DNA of 40,884 nucleotides, taken from the UHGV virus genome UHGV-2008032; one strand, 5' to 3'. Source of the DNA: a virus. Under the pieces are notes generated by a model. It had not been told where the DNA came from and ran no database searches. It worked only from the letters and a program-made list of their open reading frames with translations. Made by a program: the position numbers and the translations under genes. Of the stretch, positions 37,270 through 40,884 are shown in pieces (the first letter of the stretch is position 1; each line of letters starts with the position of its first letter).

Positions 37270-38334
37270 ATGTCTCTTAACTGGATGCGCCATTTTGAGT
37301 TGCAGCTGTTGGACCAGAACGGGCAGGGTATTTCCCTGTCTGATTTTAAGGTCACGTTCCAGATCGAGTGGGCAGATACACGCTGGCCGCGCGTGGCAAA
37401 CGTGAAAATTTACAACCTTTCGACCGATACCACGAACAAGATACTGGGGCAGGAATTTGCCAAAATTCGCATCATTGCCGGGTATGACGGTATTGCGCCG
37501 GATGTTGATGCGAGCCAGGTTGGTGTCGCCCGGGAGATTTCACCAGACCAGGTAGGGCAGGTGAACGGTCAGAACTACGGCCTGATATTTGACGGTGATA
37601 TTCGCTTCACCGTCACCGGGAAGGACAACATCACCGATTCCTGGGTGCTGATTCAGGCCATCAGTAACCACGAAGCGTTCCTCTACGCGACTACCATCAC
37701 CACGCTTGCCGCTGGTTATACCGTTGCGGACCTGCACCGGGCGACTATGCAGGATTTCAACGCGTTCGGCGTGACGCAGGGCATTACCGGTGACTTTCCT
37801 GATACCGTGTTTCCTCGTGGCCGTGCGATTTATTCATCCACCCGTAACGTGATGGATAATATTGCTGCGCAGTGCAAAGCGACATGGCAGCTGGTGGATG
37901 GTCAGGTCCAGATGGTGCCGGAGGATAAATATATTCACGAAGCCATTGTGTTGAATGCCGATACTGGCCTGATCGGTATGCCGCAACAAACGATGGGCGG
38001 CGGAGTAAACGTGCGGTGCCTGATAAACCCAAACATCCGTATTAATGGTCTTATCCAGCTCGATCAGGCTTCGGTGTACCGCGCTGCGCTCGGCAATAGC
38101 GAAATCGCTCAGTCGCCCGGGCGTATCACCGAAACGGAAGAGAACGGCAACCGCGTGCTGACAGGTACGACGTCACAGGCTGCCAGCATTGCGACAGATG
38201 GCGTTTATATCGTCAAAGCTATCGACTATACTGGCGACACCAGAGGTCAGGCGTGGTACATGGATTTGATGTGTTTTGCGCGTGGGGCTCGCGAGCTTTA
38301 CAGCCAGAATGCCATGCTGAAAACCAACTATTGA
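37270..38334 (+). CDS. Putative baseplate hub / tail protein, P2 gpD-like
   Basis: 354 aa; size and position after the tape measure gene. Confidence 0.4.
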   Translation: MSLNWMRHFELQLLDQNGQGISLSDFKVTFQIEWADTRWPRVANVKIYNLSTDTTNKILGQEFAKIRIIAGYDGIAPDVDASQVGVAREISPDQVGQVNGQNYGLIFDGDIRFTVTGKDNITDSWVLIQAISNHEAFLYATTITTLAAGYTVADLHRATMQDFNAFGVTQGITGDFPDTVFPRGRAIYSSTRNVMDNIAAQCKATWQLVDGQVQMVPEDKYIHEAIVLNADTGLIGMPQQTMGGGVNVRCLINPNIRINGLIQLDQASVYRAALGNSEIAQSPGRITETEENGNRVLTGTTSQAASIATDGVYIVKAIDYTGDTRGQAWYMDLMCFARGARELYSQNAMLKTNY

Positions 38335-38344
38335 GGTGAATATT

Positions 38345-38689
38345 GTGAAGCGTGTAGCAGCCGTAATTTTTCTGCTGACTTCGTTTTTATCCTTGAGTGC
38401 ATTTGCTGATTCACAATGTGGTAACTACAGGGTGCACTGGGCGGATGATGGGCTTGCAAGAATTAATGGCGCAAAACCAGAAACTCAAAAAATCACTTTT
38501 CTGAAAAAAGAAGGTGATTATAACAATGTAAAATTTGAGTGGGTTGTTGCTACCGATCAACCCGGTCGCTGGGTGGGAATGGAGTTCATTGGGCGCAACG
38601 GAAAAGCCATTCTCAATGTCCAGTGGCTGCAAGCCAGCATGAATGCGCCGCGTCAGTATGCAACATACGACTGCCGAAAAGTAAAATAG
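38345..38689 (+). CDS. Secreted protein (signal peptide, two Cys) within the tail cluster
   Basis: GTG 38345 with GAGGTG 6 nt upstream; MKRVAAVIFLLTSFLSLSAFA then DSQC...; Cys near each end of the mature protein. Confidence 0.5.
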   Translation: MKRVAAVIFLLTSFLSLSAFADSQCGNYRVHWADDGLARINGAKPETQKITFLKKEGDYNNVKFEWVVATDQPGRWVGMEFIGRNGKAILNVQWLQASMNAPRQYATYDCRKVK

Positions 38690-38707
38690 CCCGCCAGATA
38701 GGCGGGC
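38689..38707 (-). terminator. Hairpin between convergent accessory genes (terminator-like for the minus-strand gene)
   Basis: 7-bp stem GCCCGCC/GGCGGGC with loop AGATA; U-rich tract follows on the minus strand. Confidence 0.45.
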
Positions 38708-38712
38708 ATGCG

Positions 38713-39003
38713 TCAAAAATATTGAGCTTTAATTATAATAAACACAATAATTACGAACAGGATGTTTCTAATTATTTTTTGCTTATGAGTAAGTTGTTTT
38801 TTTTCTGTCGATTTCCCGGGAGAGTAAAGGTTAGTGGTATGCGACAGCCCCGTGCCGGGAAGGCCATTTGTCATCTTTACGCCTTTTTTCCCGATGTTAA
38901 TGGTGGAACCTTTACCACCAATTGAAGTGCTTACTCCGCTTTTGCTAATGTTGATCGCGAGTCCGGGCGCAATCCGGATTCTTTTGCGAAATCTAAAGCC
39001 CAT
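38713..39003 (-). CDS. DUF4236-like protein with C-terminal transmembrane helix
   Basis: MGFRFRKRIRIAPGLAINISKSGVSTSIGGKG...GLPGTGLSH signature; C-terminal IIRNILFVIIVFIII; AT-rich context; AGGAG 6 nt upstream of ATG. Confidence 0.55.
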   Translation of the reverse strand: MGFRFRKRIRIAPGLAINISKSGVSTSIGGKGSTINIGKKGVKMTNGLPGTGLSHTTNLYSPGKSTEKKQLTHKQKIIRNILFVIIVFIIIKAQYF

Positions 39004-39191
39004 TTGTTACTCCTGTAGTCAAGAATGCGATGGTGCAGGTCCACTCTATGGCGGCTTCATGGCTGAAATTGATTTTTAATGCTTACTTGTTGCAAATATA
39101 TCCTAATACACCTTGTGAATATGTGCCATTGCAGCGGAAAAGCCTTACTTCACACTGATGTAGCTTAGTTACTAAGAGATAATTGATACCA

Positions 39192-39215
39192 AACCAGCTT
39201 CGGCTGGTTTTTTTA
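39192..39215 (+). terminator. Intrinsic terminator 10 nt upstream of the baseplate spike gene
   Basis: 7-bp stem AACCAGC/GCTGGTT with loop TTCG followed by TTTTTTT. Confidence 0.65.
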
Positions 39216-39225
39216 TGGGGTTTTT

Positions 39226-39966
39226 ATGCCAATTCCTACTCAATCACAGATCGGCGGCGAGCAGCAGACCGCGCAGGCCATTGCCGATTCGGTGTCTACT
39301 CAGATGCGCGTAGCGATGCCTGGCATCATTCAGTCGTTCGATCCTGACGCTGTAACCTGCACAGTAGAGGTGGCGCTTCGCGGTATTGTTGGCGACGACT
39401 CCACCGAATTAAAACCGCTGGTGGATGTGCCTGTCATCTTCCCGCGCGGAGGCGGTTGCACGCTGACCTTTCCGGTAAAAGAAGGCGATGAGTGCCTGCT
39501 GATCTTTGCCGACCGTTGCATCGATTTCTGGTGGCAGAGCGGCGGCGTTCAGGAGACCGTCGACCCGCGCCAGCATGACTTATCTGATGCGTTCGCCATC
39601 GTTGGCCCGCAGTCGCAAGCGCAAAAAATCAGCGGTATCAGTACCAGCGCCGCGCAGCTGCGAACCGATGATGGTGTGGCGTTCGTAGAGGTTTCCGCAG
39701 GACATAACATCACCGTTCAAACACCGGGCCAGCTCACGGCTACGGCTGAAGGTGGAACGACAATCACATCCCCGACTATCACGCTGAACGGCAACGTAAC
39801 GATTAATGGCAATCTGTCTCAGGGAATGGGAGAAAGTGGTGGTACTGCGACGATGCTTGGGCCGGTTACGGTAACGAATGATGTGACAGCTTCAGGTATA
39901 AGTGTCGCCACGCATAAACATGGCGGAGTTCAGACAGGCGGGGGAACTACTGGAGGGCCGCAATAA
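39226..39966 (+). CDS. Baseplate spike protein, P2 gpV-like
   Basis: 246 aa; C-terminal ...VATHKHGGVQTGGGTTGGP; precedes gpW-like and J-like genes. Confidence 0.55.
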   Translation: MPIPTQSQIGGEQQTAQAIADSVSTQMRVAMPGIIQSFDPDAVTCTVEVALRGIVGDDSTELKPLVDVPVIFPRGGGCTLTFPVKEGDECLLIFADRCIDFWWQSGGVQETVDPRQHDLSDAFAIVGPQSQAQKISGISTSAAQLRTDDGVAFVEVSAGHNITVQTPGQLTATAEGGTTITSPTITLNGNVTINGNLSQGMGESGGTATMLGPVTVTNDVTASGISVATHKHGGVQTGGGTTGGPQ

Positions 39967-40319
39967 TGCGATACCGACGAGAAGATGCTGACGGCGATTA
40001 CACTTTCGGGCAAGGTGACGACACCTTCCTTATCGACAGTCCGGAATGTGTCGCCCAGGCCGTAAAAACCCGTTTCGAGCTCTGGCGCGGTCAGTGGTTT
40101 CTCGATCTGACGGAAGGCACGCCGTATGTTCAGTCAGTGCTTGGGAAACAGCGATCAGACGTCTACATCCTGGCTATACGCGAACGCATACAGGACACGC
40201 CGGGCGTTCTGTCGATTCTTTCCTTCGATACCAATTATGACGGCACCAGCCGCCGCGTCACTTTCACTTCCTCCATTGACACAATCTACGGCCAGACGAC
40301 TGTAACAAGCGAGGCATAA
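39966..40319 (+). CDS. Baseplate wedge protein, gpW/gp25-like
   Basis: 117 aa; position between spike and J-like genes; overlapping start and stop. Confidence 0.5.
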   Translation: MRYRREDADGDYTFGQGDDTFLIDSPECVAQAVKTRFELWRGQWFLDLTEGTPYVQSVLGKQRSDVYILAIRERIQDTPGVLSILSFDTNYDGTSRRVTFTSSIDTIYGQTTVTSEA

Positions 40320-40884
40320 ATGGCTTTGAACCTCGACACGCTGGGGCTATCGGCAACGGTAACCGCCCAGGGGATTAGTGCGCCTGATTACCAGACAATC
40401 CTCGATACACTGACCAGCTATTTCAGGCAGATTTACGGTAGTGATGCCTACCTCGAACCAGACAGCAAAGATGGGCAAATGGTCGCGCTGGTGGCTCTGG
40501 CTGTGCATGATGCTAACAATACCGCTATCGAGATCTACAACTCGTTTTCACCGACGACAGCGCAGGCCGCAGCGCTTAGCAGCAATGTGAAAATTAACGG
40601 GATCACGCGAAAAGTAGCGACAAACTCTACTGCTGACCTTCTGTTAACCGGTACGGCGGGCACGACTATCACGAATGGCTCCGCACGGGATAAAAACGGC
40701 ATTATCTGGAATTTTCCCGCGAGTGTAGCAATCGGGGTTGATGGTACTGTGCTGGTGACGGCCACATGTGCGAATAGCGGTTCGGTTGCGGCGATGGCCG
40801 GGACTATTACCACCATTAACACACCGACTCGCGGCTGGGTGTCGGTAACCAACCCTGCTGCGGCTATTGTCGGTTCACCAGCCG
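40320..40884 (+). CDS. Baseplate J-like protein, N-terminal part (3' truncated by window end)
   Basis: ATG 40320 overlaps upstream stop; 188 codons open to the last base; joins in frame with 1..641. Confidence 0.6.
   Translation, partial: MALNLDTLGLSATVTAQGISAPDYQTILDTLTSYFRQIYGSDAYLEPDSKDGQMVALVALAVHDANNTAIEIYNSFSPTTAQAAALSSNVKINGITRKVATNSTADLLLTGTAGTTITNGSARDKNGIIWNFPASVAIGVDGTVLVTATCANSGSVAAMAGTITTINTPTRGWVSVTNPAAAIVGSPA

Larger units (their letters stand above)
1..40884 (+). mobile_element. Complete temperate phage genome, circularly permuted (lambdoid early/lysis modules plus P2-like myovirus tail)
   Basis: Full gene set from int/attP through tail fibre; terminal ORFs at 40320..40884 and 1..641 join in frame (g at 40884 + ca at 1-2 = gca codon). 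Confidence 0.7.

Noticed and set aside
1-40884. Searched for transposase, insertion-sequence inverted repeats, CRISPR arrays, reverse transcriptase and restriction-modification genes
   Set aside because: None recognised by eye; the only mobile-element signature is the phage itself with its integrase and att site.

Overview
The window reads as a complete, circularly permuted temperate phage genome of about 40.9 kb. The last ORF (40320..40884, baseplate J-like N-terminus, no stop) and the first ORF (1..641, J-like C-terminus, no start) join in frame across the window ends. It is a mosaic: a lambdoid early/regulatory/lysis backbone (int-xis, SSB and annealing protein, N-like with nutL/nutR, cI/cro/cII with three-site OL and OR, O-like initiator with internal iterons, DnaB-like helicase, nin genes, rusA, Q, S-R-Rz/Rz1) joined to a P2/Mu-like head and contractile-tail module (HNH, terminase, portal, MuF, capsid, sheath, tube, frameshifted chaperone, tape measure, V-W-J-I baseplate, fibre, Tfa). 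An attP-like site carries the 3' 46 nt of a tRNA-Thr(CGU) gene, flanked by 15-bp arm-type repeats, next to the integrase. The most unusual content is a three-gene cargo operon between Q and the holin (17978..19984): a CstII/DUF115-like Rossmann protein, a GT9/GT-B-like glycosyltransferase and a class I SAM methyltransferase, preceded by a promoter-leader-terminator module. A second accessory island sits inside the baseplate cluster (38345..39003): a secreted protein and a DUF4236-like membrane protein. All family assignments are from motif recognition by eye and recalled sequences; no database search was run.
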